Of a stretch of DNA of 64,000 nucleotides, positions 1-12,508 are shown piece after piece. Numbering within the stretch: position 1 is the stretch's first letter; each line of letters starts with the position of its first letter. The position numbers and the translations under genes are program-made. Under the pieces are notes generated by a model, which did no database searches, was not told the DNA's origin, and saw only the letters and a list, made by a program, of their open reading frames with translations. The DNA is from Callorhinchus milii (Eukaryota): positions 372,001-436,000 of the forward strand of contig NW_024704786.1 of NCBI RefSeq assembly GCF_018977255.1, given 5' to 3'.

Positions 1-1
1 C

Positions 2-39
<38 letters not shown>

Positions 40-186
40 CCCGGCGTTTGACCCGGTGCCTTATCAAGTCGTCGAGACGTCTCAAAGCGCTTCACGGGAC
101 GCGCGGTAAAGTGTAGTGACTGTGCGTTCTGTGGGCAGCCGATTGTCACGCTTTAAGCCAAAGCTCAGGCACCCAACTCTCCAGCC

Positions 187-230
<44 letters not shown>

Positions 231-804
231 CCGCACAAAGCTAATCGTGTCAGAGTGATGAACTCACCTTCCAGTCATAACTAATTCAAGCAGCCTGACA
301 CAAAGCAGCAGCGAGAGCGAGCGAGAGAGAGAGCGAGAGAGCGAGAGAGAGCGAGCGAGAGAGAGAGCGAGAGAGCGAGCGAGAGAGTGAGCGAGAGAGT
401 GAGCGAGAGTGAGAGAGAGAGAGAGCGAGAGAGTGAGAGAGCGAGAGTGAGAGTGAGAGAGTGAGAGTGAGAGAGAGAGAGAGAGAGAGCTGGATTGCTT
501 CCAGCAAAAAAAGAAACGCCTCTTCCCCTCACCCACCCCCGGACCTTCTCCACCTTCGCCATCTTCTCTCTCTCTCCTCTCACCTTCACGCCTCCGGCAC
601 TGCCTTGAAACCACTGCCGCCTCCCACTGCCCCCGACCCCGGTCCTCGAATTAAAATGCCCCCAAACACCACAATATCTTACGATTAACCCCCCCCCACC
701 CCCCACCCCCCCGAGTGTTTGACACCGGCCGTCTCTCAGGTCCCAGGATTTTACCGTGAAGTGTAGTGACTGTGTGTTTTGCGGGCGAAACACGGCAGCC
801 AATT

Positions 805-1015
805 GCTGTGGGGTGGGGGGCGAGGGGTCTAACCCCTGAGCTACAGGGGCTGTGGGGTGGGGGGGCGAGGGGTCTAACCCCTGAGCTACAGGGGCTGTGG
901 GGTGGGGGGGGGTCTAACCCCTGAGCTACAGGGGCTGTGGGGTGCGAGGGGGGGGTCTAACCCCTGAGCTACAGGGGCTGTGGGGTGCGAGGGGGGGGTC
1001 TAACCCCTGAGCTAT
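805..1015. repeat. Minisatellite, 5 x ~43 bp, derived from the SINE head
   Basis: Unit GGGGTCTAACCCCTGAGCTACAGGGGCTGTGGGGT. Confidence 0.9.
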
Positions 1016-1227
1016 GGGAATAATCTTGTGAAGCAGTTGGGGGAGACATCCTCATGACCTGATAAGGCACTGTACCAAATGCAATTATTAATAGTTTTCC
1101 TCCGACACTATTAACAAAATCTTTGGACATTAAACAGAGTTACAGGAACAGTCCTCACACAGAGCACAGAGCACAGAGCAATGGAACCTCCTCCATCTCC
1201 CTCGGCCGACTGACTAACCCATCCGAA

Positions 1228-1575
1228 CCCCGTCCCCCCGTCACCCCCCCCAGCCCTCGCCCCATCCTCCCGTCACCCCCCCAGCCCTCGCCCGTCACCC
1301 CCCCAGCCCTCGCCCCGTCCTCCCGTCACCCCCCCAGCCCTCGCCCCGTCCCCCCGTCACCCCCCCCAGCCCTCACCCCGTCCCCCCGTCACCCGCCCAG
1401 CCCTCGCCCGTCCCCCTGTCACCCCCCAGCCCTCGCCCTGTCGCCCCGTCCCCCCCCCAGCCATCGCCCGTCCCCCGTCACCCCCCCAGCCCTCGCCCTG
1501 TCGCCCCGTCACCCCCCCAGCCCTCGCCAGGTCCCCCGTCACCCCCCCAGCCCTCGCCCCGCTCCACCGTCTCCC
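1228..1575. repeat. C-rich ~28-bp minisatellite
   Basis: Unit CCCCGTCACCCCCCCAGCCCTCGCCC. Confidence 0.9.
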
Positions 1576-1610
1576 CATCTCACAGAGGATACTGTTCAAG
1601 TGTGAGAGAC

Positions 1611-1645
<35 letters not shown>

Positions 1646-1979
1646 TTCCATTAACTGCTCCCCTCGGGGGAAATCTGACATCATCCCACAACTGCCGGCC
1701 GTTACCTTCTCTAATGGAACCCGCAAAGTGTGGCTCAGACCTAAACCCTTTCAAGACGGTTTAACTCGTGCGGAGACGAGTTTCCCTGTCCAGTGGGACG
1801 TCGCTGGGCGCTAACCTGACTGATGGGTTTCACCCACACAACACACGGTCACTGCACTGTGCAAACACACAGTCACTACACACGTGCGCTCACATAAAAT
1901 ACTACACTCCACAGCGTATCCTGTGAAGCGCTTTGAGGCGTCTCGAAGACGTGATCAGGCGCTGTATCTAATGCAAGGA

Positions 1980-2247
1980 TTATTGATTTTATTATTATAT
2001 TATTATATTTCATTACGATTAACATATTATTGTAATTATATTATTAATATATTATACTATTATATTAATATTACATTATTATATTATTAGATTAATATTA
2101 CATTAGTATTATTATATTATTACATTAATATTATATCAGTATTATTATATTATTATATTATATTATATTACTATTATTGTATTATTATATTTTATTATTA
2201 TATTATTGTTATTATATTATTTTATTTTATTATTATTATTATTATTA
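1980..2247. repeat. Expanded degenerate (TTA/TAT)n SINE tail
   Basis: AT-only low-complexity tract directly after AATGCAAGGAT. Confidence 0.85.
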
Positions 2248-3429
2248 GGGTCAAAGCTCAGTCTCAGGGCCGGAGGTTTTATGGGCACAGTGGCTTTTCT
2301 GGTGAAATGAACAGTTGGGTCGGAGCGAGTGGGAGGTTTGAGCTGCGAAACCTTCTGTCAGGTGCAGCCATGTGTCTGCGAACCTCCGCGTCCCACACAA
2401 CCCCATCTGCTCGGTGTCAGCACCTGGAGCTGCCGCCGGCGCGCGCGTGTGTACGTGTGCGCGTGTGCGCGTGCGAGGGCGTGTGTGTGTACGTGCGTAT
2501 GTGTGTGTGTGAGGGTGTGTGTCTGTGTGTGTGAGTGTGCGAGCGTGCGGGTGTGAGTGCATGGACGCACTCGTGTGCGCGCGCGTGAGTGTGCGTGTGT
2601 GTGAGTGTGAGTGCGTGCGCGTGAGTGTGGGCATGTGCGTGTGAGTGCATGCGTGTGTGTGTGCGCGTGAGTGTGTGTGGGCGCGTGAGTGTGTGTGGGT
2701 GTGAGAGAGAGAGAGAGAGAGGGGCAGCTTCACAGTCCCCCTTTGTGTCCACGGACCCACTTTACCTCCGACGGCCACAATAATCCTTCAACCGTTGGGC
2801 TAACGGCGCTAATATTTTTTTTTCTCTCCGAACCCTGCGGGTAACACGGTCCGAAAGCGCTTCCCGGGGGGGGGGGGGGGGGGGTGCGTTTGCCCCGGAG
2901 AGTGAGGGGTGACTGTGTGTTTCGGGGTTCGAAAGAGGCAGCCGATTTGCGTCCGGGACGAGCGAACCCGGCGCCCACGCAGATCAGCCCCCGTCCAGCG
3001 CGTCCTGCGAAGCAATGGGCTGCTGCCTCTCGGCCACGGAAGCCACGGTCACTACACTTTCCAGTACGAAGCCCCTCTTGAGACGTCTCGACGACGCGAT
3101 CAGGCGCCGGGTCAAACCCCGGGGTTGTTATTCATTGCTAATTATTACTTTTATCAGGCCGCCAGGATCGAGAGCGTTTGCGGTAATTACTTTCCTCGTT
3201 TGTTCCAGTCGGGACTCTCCAGTAGAACTACTGCCAAACCCTCCCCCAACGGCAGGAAAATAATTAGCCGTAATCGTTAAAGAACCAGAAACTCGCGAAA
3301 TAACCGCTGAAGGAGCTCCAAAAAATCCGTCTCGAGAGAGAGAGAACTGCCACTGCAAAACCCCTTTGTCAGACTCGAGCGGTTTTAAGTATCTGTTGCA
3401 AATTCTCTCCGCAGCGGCCAGGAAAATAA

Positions 3430-3750
3430 GCTTCTGAATCCAGTTCATTGGGGGCAGAGAATCCGACCCCTCAACCCGTTAACCCCACAGCCAAAGCCCT
3501 AACCAACCAACTAACTAACTAACTAACTAACTAACGGGGAGGGGGGTCCGAGCTGGACAAGCAGCGGGAAAGCCTGGCCAGACAGCGCTCTCTCTCTCTC
3601 TCTCTCTCTCTCTCAATGGCCGAGCGGTGTGCAGATACCCCCAATGCACACTCTGGGCTCCCCTCCCCCGCCCGCCCACCCCGAGCCTCGGCTCTCACCC
3701 AACCTGCGCCTAATACACTCCGGAATTAGGTAATCAGGGGTCGTCCCTCC

Positions 3751-3781
<31 letters not shown>

Positions 3782-4075
3782 CCCATCCCGACACTCTCTC
3801 TCTGGGGTTCCCGGGTGTGGAGGGGATGTGGGGAATTCTCAGTCGGGTTCGGAGACTCTTTAGCCACAGTGACGGGTTTCCGTGTGTGTCAGACACCCGA
3901 CCGGTCACGGTGACGGGTTTCCGTGTGTGTCAGACACCCGACCGGTCACGGTGACGGGTTCCCGTGTGTGTCAGACACCCGACCGGTCACGGTGACGGGT
4001 TCCCGTGTGGGTCAGACACCCGACCGGTCACGGTGACGGGTTCCCGCGTGTGCCAGACACCCGGCCGGGCCCCAA
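3430..4075. mobile_element. Unclassified interspersed repeat ending in tandem 41-bp monomers (other copies near 17330-17900, 34845-35075, 37715-37950, 42085-42325, 44555-44910 and 52680-52895)
   Basis: Shared blocks CGCCTAATAC..CGGAATTAGG and GGGAATTCTCAGTCGGG; overlapping segments link the copies. Confidence 0.7.
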
Positions 4076-5614
4076 CACACCGCCCCACTCCCCCCTCAAA
4101 AAAAATTCCTGTTGCCGTGAGCTATGGAGCAATCGCTGATGTGCTTCGTGGGGTTATTATAACGCTGGCGACCACAGCTTTATAAATATTATAAGTTCTT
4201 TCCTCTCAGCGTTCATTATCTCACCCTCCGCAAAGCATTCGAGTGTCGTAGCCGGGAGTGTTATAATGAGGGTTAATGGGAGAGCCGAGCAAGAGCTCTC
4301 TCGACAATAAACGTGGCTGTCGTAGAGAGCGCTCTGGCTGACAGACTCGGGGGCCAGAGGTGAACGCGAACCATTAGTGCTCGTAATGAGAGCGGGGGTG
4401 TGCAGGTAACTTTTTCTTTTGTCAGCCGGGTGTCTGACAAGCGCGGAAACCCGTCCCCTTGCGCATCAGGAGAGATCTCTGCATATGTTCGCCACCTACA
4501 CCAGGAAATTTCCCCGCGTCTGAGATGGCATGTGCGCTCTCTCTCTCTCTCTCCCTCTCCCTCTCTCTGTCTCGTTCTCTCTCTCTCCTTTAAACAGGCA
4601 ACTCGTTCCGAAGGTATATTCGAGGCGTCTCGAAGATGACGTGATCAGGCGCTGTATCAAATGCAAGGATTATTATTATTATTATTATTATTAATTTAAT
4701 TTGTTCTTCTCTCCCCCCCCCCCCCCTCCTCCTCCACCCCGTGGGGTGGGTGTTGTGGGGGATAAATCAAATGGACCAAAACTGCTGCCTTCGTTCAAAA
4801 TATGATCATATTATTAATAATTCTGGCAGTTGGACCCAACGCCTTATCGTGTCGCTGAGACGTGTCAAAAGTGCTTCGCGGGATGTACGGTAAAGTGTAG
4901 TGACTGTGTGCTTTCTGGGCAAAACGCGGCAGCCGAGGGTGACCGAAGGCGCGGTTGGTCGAAGAGGAGGGTCTTGAGATGGGCTTTGAAGGGGTGGAGG
5001 GAGGGAGGGAGGGAGGGAGGGTGAGAGAGGGAGAGAGTTTCAGGGCGTAGTGGCTGATGGTGGAGTGGGGGGGGGTACGAGGGACAAAAAGGGGATCGGA
5101 GTCAGGCGAGCGGGAGCGGAGGGTGGTGGGTTGGGGGGTAAGGGAGCAGGTGGGAGAGGTCGGGAGGGGGGGTTTGACAGCGAGTGAGGAGCCAATTGGC
5201 CCGGCGCCCGATCACGTCTTCGAGACGTCTCAAAGCGCTTCACGGGACACGCTGTAAAGTGTAGTGACTGTGTGTTTTGTGGGCGAATCGCGGCAGCCGA
5301 TCGCGCCCAACGACGTCCCCCACAAACAGCCGTGGGGTTGAAGCCACCGATTATTATTGTTTTGAAGGGATTATTACCCCCAGAAAGTGATCCCCCAATC
5401 GCCTGACAAGTGGGTTCCTACTGACTGCCGGGGACACGGGCGCGTGGGTGTGTGTCGGGGTGTGTGTGTGTGTGTGTGTGGGGTGTGTGTGTGGGGGGTG
5501 TGTGTGTGTGTGTGTGGGGGGGGCGGGGAGTAAGGAAACTTGCCTAAGATTTCGCCCTGACCTGACCCGCCCGGGAATTGAACCCACTTGGGGTTCGATT
5601 CCCCACTTGGGGAA

Positions 5615-6035
5615 GCGAGGGGTCTAACCCCTGAGCTACAGGGGCTGTGGGGTGCGAGGGGAGGGTCTACCCCTGAGCTACAGGGGCTGGTGGGGTGTGA
5701 GGAGGGGTCTAACCCTGAGCTACAGGGCTGTGGGGTGCGAGGGGAGGGGTCTAACCCTGAGCTACAGGGGCTGTGGGGTGGGGGGCGAGGGGTCTAACCC
5801 TGAGCTACAGGGACTGTGGGGTGCGAGGGGAGGGGTCTAACCCCTGAGCTACAGGGGCTGTGGGGTGCGAGGCGAGGGGTCTAACCCCTGAGCTACAGGG
5901 GCTGTGGGGTGCGAGGGGAGGGGTCTAACCCCTGAGCCACAGGGGCTGTGGGGTGCGAGGGGAGGGGTCTAACCCCTGAGCTACAGGGGCTGTGGGGTGC
6001 GAGGGGAGGGGTCTAACCCCTGAGCCACAGGGAGA
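5615..6035. repeat. Minisatellite, 10 x ~43 bp, derived from the SINE head and contiguous with the SINE at ~5190-5615
   Basis: Same unit as 805-1015. Confidence 0.9.
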
Positions 6036-7024
6036 CTAAAAAAAGTGATGACAACAAAAAAAAAAGGATGAATTAAAACGCTGGAGGCTGCGGATGGAGG
6101 GCCGGGCCGGGCCGGGCGGGGTGCGGGGGGCGCGGGGGGCGCGGGGGGCGCGGAGGAGGCTGGAGCAGCGCTGAGCGAAGGGAGCGGGCGGGTTGGTTGG
6201 GGGTTCAGCAGGTCACAGAGTTATGGAGAGGGGAGCGAGGCCACGGGGGGGGCTTTGAAGGTGAGATTGTTGTGTTACTATCATTATATTATTCAGTGCA
6301 ACAGAGCAGTTGACTGCAGCAGTTGGAGCTGTGGTATAATTAAGTGGGAGCGCGGACGGACTATCAGTAAATTATCCCGTGACTCCATCCCTCTCCTCCG
6401 ACCTACTGCCGGCAATGATCGATGTGGGGGAGTGTAATGTAATNNNNNNNNNNNNNNNNNNNNNNNNNNNNNNNNNNNNNNNNNNNNNNNNNNNNNNNNN
6501 NNNNNNNNNNNNNNNNNNNNNNNNNNNNNNNNNNNNNNNNNNNNNNNNNNNNNNNNNNNNNNNNNNNNNNNNNNNNNNNNNNNNNNNNNNNNNNNNNNNN
6601 NNNNNNNNNNNNNNNNNNNNNNNNNNNNNNNNNNNNNNNNNNNNNNNNNNNNNNNNNNNNNNNNNNNNNNNNNNNNNNNNNNNNNNNNNNNNNNNNNNNN
6701 NNNNNNNNNNNNNNNNNNNNNNNNNNNNNNNCATAAGGTTGTGGGTTTAAGCCCCACATGTCAGGGACTTGGAATACACACACACAGACACACACAGACA
6801 CTCACACACAGACACACACACCCACACGCACACGCCTGTGTTTCCCAGCAGTCAGTAGGAACCCGCTTGTCCGTCGATCGATTGGGGGCTCCCTGTCCGG
6901 GGGTAATGACCCCTCAACCCACGGCTGTTTGTGGGGACGTCGCTGGGCGCGATCGGCTGCTGCGCTTCGCCCGCGGGAAAAACAAAACCCCACGCACAGT
7001 CACTACGCTGGGGGTCAGGCTCAG

Positions 7025-7495
7025 GAGGGGGTGGAAGCCTGGTGGCGGAGTGGTGGCGGGGTGGGGTGGGGCAGGGTGGCGGGGGGTGGTGGCGGGGTGG
7101 TGGGGTGTGGGGGATGTGGGTTGGCGGGGTGGTGGCGGGTGGCGGGTGGCGGGGTGGTGGCGGGGTGGTGGCGGGGTGGTGGGGGGTGGCGGGGTGGGGG
7201 GGGTGGGGGGGGGGCGGGGTGGTGGTGGGTGGTGGGGGAGTGGTGGTGGCGGGTGGTAGGGGGGTGGGGTGGTGGGGGGTGGTGGGGGTCGTGGTGGCGG
7301 GTGGTGGCGGGGTGGTGGGGGGGTGGTGGTGGGTGGTGGTGGGTGGTGGCGGGTGGTGGTGGCGGGTGGTGGCGGGTGGTGGGGTGGTGGTGGCGGGTGG
7401 TGGCGGGTGGTGGGGGGGTGGTGGCGGGTGGTGCCGGGTGGTGGGGGGTGGTGGCGGGTTGGTGGGTGGGGGTGTGTGGTGGGGGGGGGGGAGGA
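7025..7495. repeat. G-rich (GGT/GGC) low-complexity tract
   Basis: Almost only G and T; many G3+ runs. Confidence 0.9.
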
Positions 7496-10083
7496 AGCTG
7501 ATATAAGGCGCTATATCAAACTCCGGGATTATTATTATTCCGATATAAACCCTGGGCACACAATCCGTGTTATTCCTGGTGTCAGAGCCCCCTCCGGCCC
7601 GGGCTCCGCAGCCCTGGGACTGATTTCCCCGCTGTTGACGGTGAAGGCCGTGTGGTTCCGAGTGGGAACGATGCCGAGTCCCTACGGAGTGGGATTCTGT
7701 TGCTCGAGGCACACACAGTGAGAGAGGCTCTTCAACCACAACCGTCTAATCCTCTGCAGAGGTTAGAGCTGTACACAGGACCCGGGGAACCGACTGAAAC
7801 CTCTCCCGGAAAAGGTCTCCGGCTCCTCCCGGGGGAAGAGGCTGATTCGTTCTCCGCTTCGTTTGCGGCGACGATTCATAATAATAATAAACGATAAAGC
7901 AATAATAATAATAATAATAATCCTCTGCATTTGAAACGGCGCCTCGTTCACGGCTCTGCGGCGTCTCAAAGCGCTTCGCAGGACACGCGGTATAGTGTAG
8001 TGACTGTGTGTTTTGGGGGTGAAACGCGGCAGCCGACCGCGCCCGGCGACGTCCACACAAACAGCCGGGGAGGGGGGGGGGGGTCGGAGCCACCGAATGG
8101 TTATTGTTTTGAAGGGATTATTACCCCCGAAAAGTGATCCCCCAATCGCCTGACAAGCGACTGACTGCCGGGGANNNNNNNNNNNNNNNNNNNNNNNNNN
8201 NNNNNNNNNNNNNNNNNNNNNNNNNNNNNNNNNNNNNNNNNNNNNNNNNNNNNNNNNNNNNNNNNNNNNNNNNNNNNNNNNNNNNNNNNNNNNNNNNNNN
8301 NNNNNNNNNNNNNNNNNNNNNNNNNNNNNNNNNNNNNNNNNNNNNNNNNNNNNNNNNNNNNNNNNNNNNNNNNNNNNNNNNNNNNNNNNNNNNNNNNNNN
8401 NNNNNNNNNNNNNNNNNNNNNNNNNNNNNNNNNNNNNNNNNNNNNNNNNNNNNNNNNNNNNNNNNNNNNNNNNNNNNNNNNNNNNNNNNNNNNNNNNNNN
8501 NNNNNNNNNNNNNNNNNNNNNNNNNNNNNNNNNNNNNNNNNNNNNNNNNNNNNNNNNNNNNNNNNNNNNNNNNNNNNNNNNNNNNNNNNNNNNNNNNNNN
8601 NNNNNNNNNNNNNNNNNNNNNNNNNNNNNNNNNNNNNNNNNNNNNNNNNNNNNNNNNNNNNNNNNNNNNNNNNNNNNNNNNNNNNNNNNNNNNNNNNNNN
8701 NNNNNNNNNNNNNNNNNNNNNNNNNNNNNNNNNNNNNNNNNNNNNNNNNNNNNNNNNNNNNNNNNNNNNNNNNNNNNNNNNNNNNNNNNNNNNNNNNNNN
8801 NNNNNNNNNNNNNNNNNNNNNNNNNNNNNNNNNNNNNNNNNNNNNNNNNNNNNNNNNNNNNNNNNNNNNNNNNNNNNNNNNNNNNNNNNNNNNNNNNNNN
8901 NNNNNNNNNNNNNNNNNNNNNNNNNNNNNNNNNNNNNNNNNNNNNNNNNNNNNNNNNNNNNNNNNNNNNNNNNNNNNNNNNNNNNNNNNNNNNNNNNNNN
9001 NNNNNNNNNNNNNNNNNNNNNNNNNNNNNNNNNNNNNNNNNNNNNNNNNNNNNNNNNNNNNNNNNNNNNNNNNNNNNNNNNNNNNNNNNNNNNNNNNNNN
9101 NNNNNNNNNNNNNNNNNNNNNNNNNNNNNNNNNNNNNNCCTCGGGGTCTCCTCACGGTTGGGAGGTGAGTGCGATACCCACCGAGAGACACAGACATTTT
9201 ACTGCGAGTTTTGATGACTCGAGTTGGAAGGTTCGCAACAATCTGAAGGACAACACTGAACATTAACACCTGTTCTGCGCCGCAAACACCTGCACTTCCG
9301 TTATTTTCCAATAAATTTTCTGCTGTTAAATCTCCGGCGAACGGGTCCACACACTGTCATCTCACGGCATCGGTTTGGGTCACAGCAACGACGCCGATCC
9401 ACAGCGGTGATTAAATCACCAAATAAGGCCCCAACAAACTCCGTTCCAAACAACGACGACATGTTACACGTCGCCTTTCACGCCGGGGAGGGGGCGTCCC
9501 CAAGATGGCTGGACGGTCGGGGGGGGGTTTGGCCCCCGAGCTGGGGGTCGGGATCAGGAGGGGCTTCGAGGGCGGGGAGGGAGGGTGGGGAGGTAGGAGG
9601 GTGACCGAAGGAGCGGTCGGTCGAAGAGGAGGGCCTTGAGATGGGCCTCGAAGGAGGCGAGGGAGGGGACGAGATGGAGGGACGGAGTTCCGGAGGGTGG
9701 GGGCAGAGGGGCTGAAGGCCTTGACCAGCGATGGTGGGGTGGGGGGGGGGTTGGGGGGGTTTACGGAGGTAGGAAGGAGACCAACTATCTCATAGTCCTC
9801 GTGGTTTGCCCTCTGAAGGCAAACACCGGCCTTTGTGAGAAATCCCGGGTCTCACCCAACCATCACGAGATGATAATAATAATAATAATAATAATAATTT
9901 GGTCGCCCCGTCTACGAGTGTTTGTTTGTGGGACGTTACTGGGCGCAGATCGAGCAGTCGGACGCTTCCCCGACAAGACGGGGACGAGGGCTTATTTCTG
10001 GTATGAGATACAGTCACAAAACTTGTGTCCGGACCACAATAAATAATATTAATCCTCGCGTTTGATAAAATCCTGGCCAGCCA

Positions 10084-10119
<36 letters not shown>

Positions 10120-10721
10120 CTCTCTCCCTCCCTCTCTCCCTCCCTCTCTCTCGACGGCCAAACGGTGCGGGTTCCCACGTCAGGAGGAGATCCCAAAACA
10201 CCTCACAGGGTACAAATCCTATTCCGCGTCTTAAAACTACACCGCTCGCGAAAAGAAAGTACGTCCCCATTGGCTCGTGGGCGAAGTATCTCAAACTGGT
10301 GCCCTCCGGTCAATGACTCGTCATCTAATAGAATGGCGGAACAGGCTCGAGGGGCTGAATGGCCTCCTCCTGCTCCTATGTTCACTGACCTGCGGTTAAC
10401 CACCGATTCCTTATAAAGTCGGCTCTGACTTCCGATAACCGAGGAGGAGGCGGATTTTCCAACCTCCGACATCGGCCAAATAATAATCACTGCAGGAAGT
10501 TAAAATCCTTCCCAATCTCTTGATCGGACCCCCCCTTCCCCTTAGGTGTAGGACCTTATGGCACAGAAGGAGGCCATTCAGCCCATCGGGTCTGTGACAG
10601 CTCTTTGAGAGAGCAACCAACTAGTCCCCACTCCCCCGGTTTTTCTCACCCCATAGCCCCGCACATTTTTCCTTTGTAAGGATCTGCCGAGTTCCCTCTC
10701 GGGACGGGATTTTGTACTTAC

Positions 10722-12508
10722 ACCGTCTCGTCGTTGAGAAACTCGAGCTCTCCGTGGCCATCCTCATAGTCCACGCCCTCTCCCTTCGCCGTTCCGTCGA
10801 CGGTCCTGTAGGGGACGATGACGGTGCCTCTGGCCCCCGAGGTCCTCAGTACCTTGGCCTCCATCACCCCGATGCTCTCGCTGACCCGGACGATCTTCTC
10901 ATCGAAGGTGAAGATCCCAGCGTGGTCGTCGTCTAAGATGGTCACCGTGGCCACTTGAGGGGGAACCAGTTGGCCTTTGGGGTAGGTCGTGGTCTCCGAG
11001 TCGAACATTCCTTCCGCGTCGCCAATCCGGAGGTTGCCCAGTCGCACGAAGAAATGCTCGTCCTCCTCGAAGATGTCGTCATCGATGATGCCTACCTTGA
11101 TTTCTTTGCTGGTTTCCCCCGGCTTGAAGATGAGGGTCCCCTCGCTGTACTCGTAGTCCGAGCCGCCGTTGGCAGAGCCGTCTTCTGTCCTGAAGTCCAC
11201 GTAGAACGTGCTGTTCTGCTCCCCGCCCTTGCAGACCACGGTGAGGGACACAAACCCGCAGTTCTCCACGCACTGGTATGAGCACGGCTCGAAGTAGATC
11301 TTGCTGGTCAGCTCCTGGGTCGGGTCGAGCTTGACCTCCAGCGGGTTGGTCTTCTTGGCGTGATCGCAAGCGTGTTTCCGCAGGATGTTGCCCGCCCCGA
11401 TCATCATGCGTGTGGCCTGGATGCGGTAAAAGGCCCGGCTCTTCTGCTGGTGAAGGAGGGCGCAGTAATTGGCCATTTCCACCAGCTGCTCCAGTTCCCG
11501 GTTGGGATATTTCTGCTTGAGGTCCTTGAGGATCTGGATGGCTTCCTTGCGGCTCTCGTCCAGGTCCTTGCCTTCAAGGCTGACCACGGTCCCATCGGCA
11601 AGAACGTGGTCCTCTTGATCTTGGGTGGCTTTCCCGTCCATCTCGATCCCTTTGGGCAGCTCTCCCTCGGTGCCCAAGATGACCCCGCTCCTGCTGTCCA
11701 CCCGGTATCTGCGGTAAACGTAGTACTTGTAGAAGAACAGCCGCTTGTCGGCGATCCAGGCGAAGACCACGCAGACCGGGAAGAACATGAGGGTGGACAA
11801 CCCTTCCCAGACCTTGACCACCCCAGGAGAGAACACGGCCAGGATCAGGTAGAGCCAGATGTAGGCGAAAATGCTCCACGAGGCAGTAACGAAGAACACC
11901 CGCAGGTGCTTGATCCTCCGCACCTCCCCGTCAGGGATGATGTAGACGCAGACAGCGATGATCACGAACATGTTGAAGGCCGCGCTGCCCACGATGGTGC
12001 CGGGGCCCAGCTGCCCCGCCTTGAAGCCGTGCCCCACCACCTCGATGACCGACAGCAGGATCTCGGGGGCCGAGGAGCCCAGGGCCATGAGGGTCAGGTT
12101 GGAGACGGTCTCGTTCCAGATCCTGACGGTGGCCACTGTGGTCTCGCCGTTGGGTTTGGTGATGGTGATCTCCTTCTCCTGCGAGGTGATGACTTCTATG
12201 GAAGCCATGAAACGGTCAGCGATGATCGAGACGCCCAGGAACAAGTACAAGAGGGCAACAAAGTAGACAATGGCCCGGGCGACTTTGTCCCCAAAGGATG
12301 GGTTCTGGGGGTACCATATGGGGAGGATGATCCCCCTGTTGCACTCGAAGGAGCCTCGACACGATGAGTTCCTGGAGTCCGAGGGATCTCCTGCCTCGGT
12401 TCCTTCCGCCGCCCAAACAGTTGTCGTCACCATCGCCAACAACAGGGGCACGAGACAGCCGGCCCCCAGGGCAGGAGAAGCCAAGGCTGGGCACCGCCAC
12501 GCGGCCAT
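10722..12508 (-). CDS. SLC8A2: Na+/Ca2+ exchanger 2 (NCX2), large first coding exon (signal peptide, TM1-5 with alpha-1 repeat, XIP, CBD1, start of CBD2); remaining exons not seen in window
   Basis: ORF has the NCX alpha-1 repeat TVSNLTLMALGSSAPEILLS, XIP and the CBD1 motif IIDDDIFEEDEHF. NCX2-type segments include ALLHQQKSRAFYRIQATR and NSTFYVDFRTEDGS. Acceptor ttaacAG precedes 12594, ATG is at 12508, and there is a phase-2 donor ACG GT|GTAAGT at 10722/10721. Neighbouring genes are human 19q13 orthologues. Confidence 0.9.

Noticed and set aside
2415-2440. REST/RE1 site (TCAGCACC...)
   Set aside because: The right half-site and spacing do not match the consensus
3868-4066. CRISPR-like array of palindromic 41-bp repeats
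   Set aside because: Units are directly tandem with no unique spacers, there are no cas genes, and the context is vertebrate
6741-7739. Gly/Trp- and Pro/His-rich ORFs (also at 24963-25985 and 36907-37580)
   Set aside because: Translations of G-rich low-complexity tracts
8121-9350. 344-409 aa ORFs
   Set aside because: Consist mainly of an N-gap
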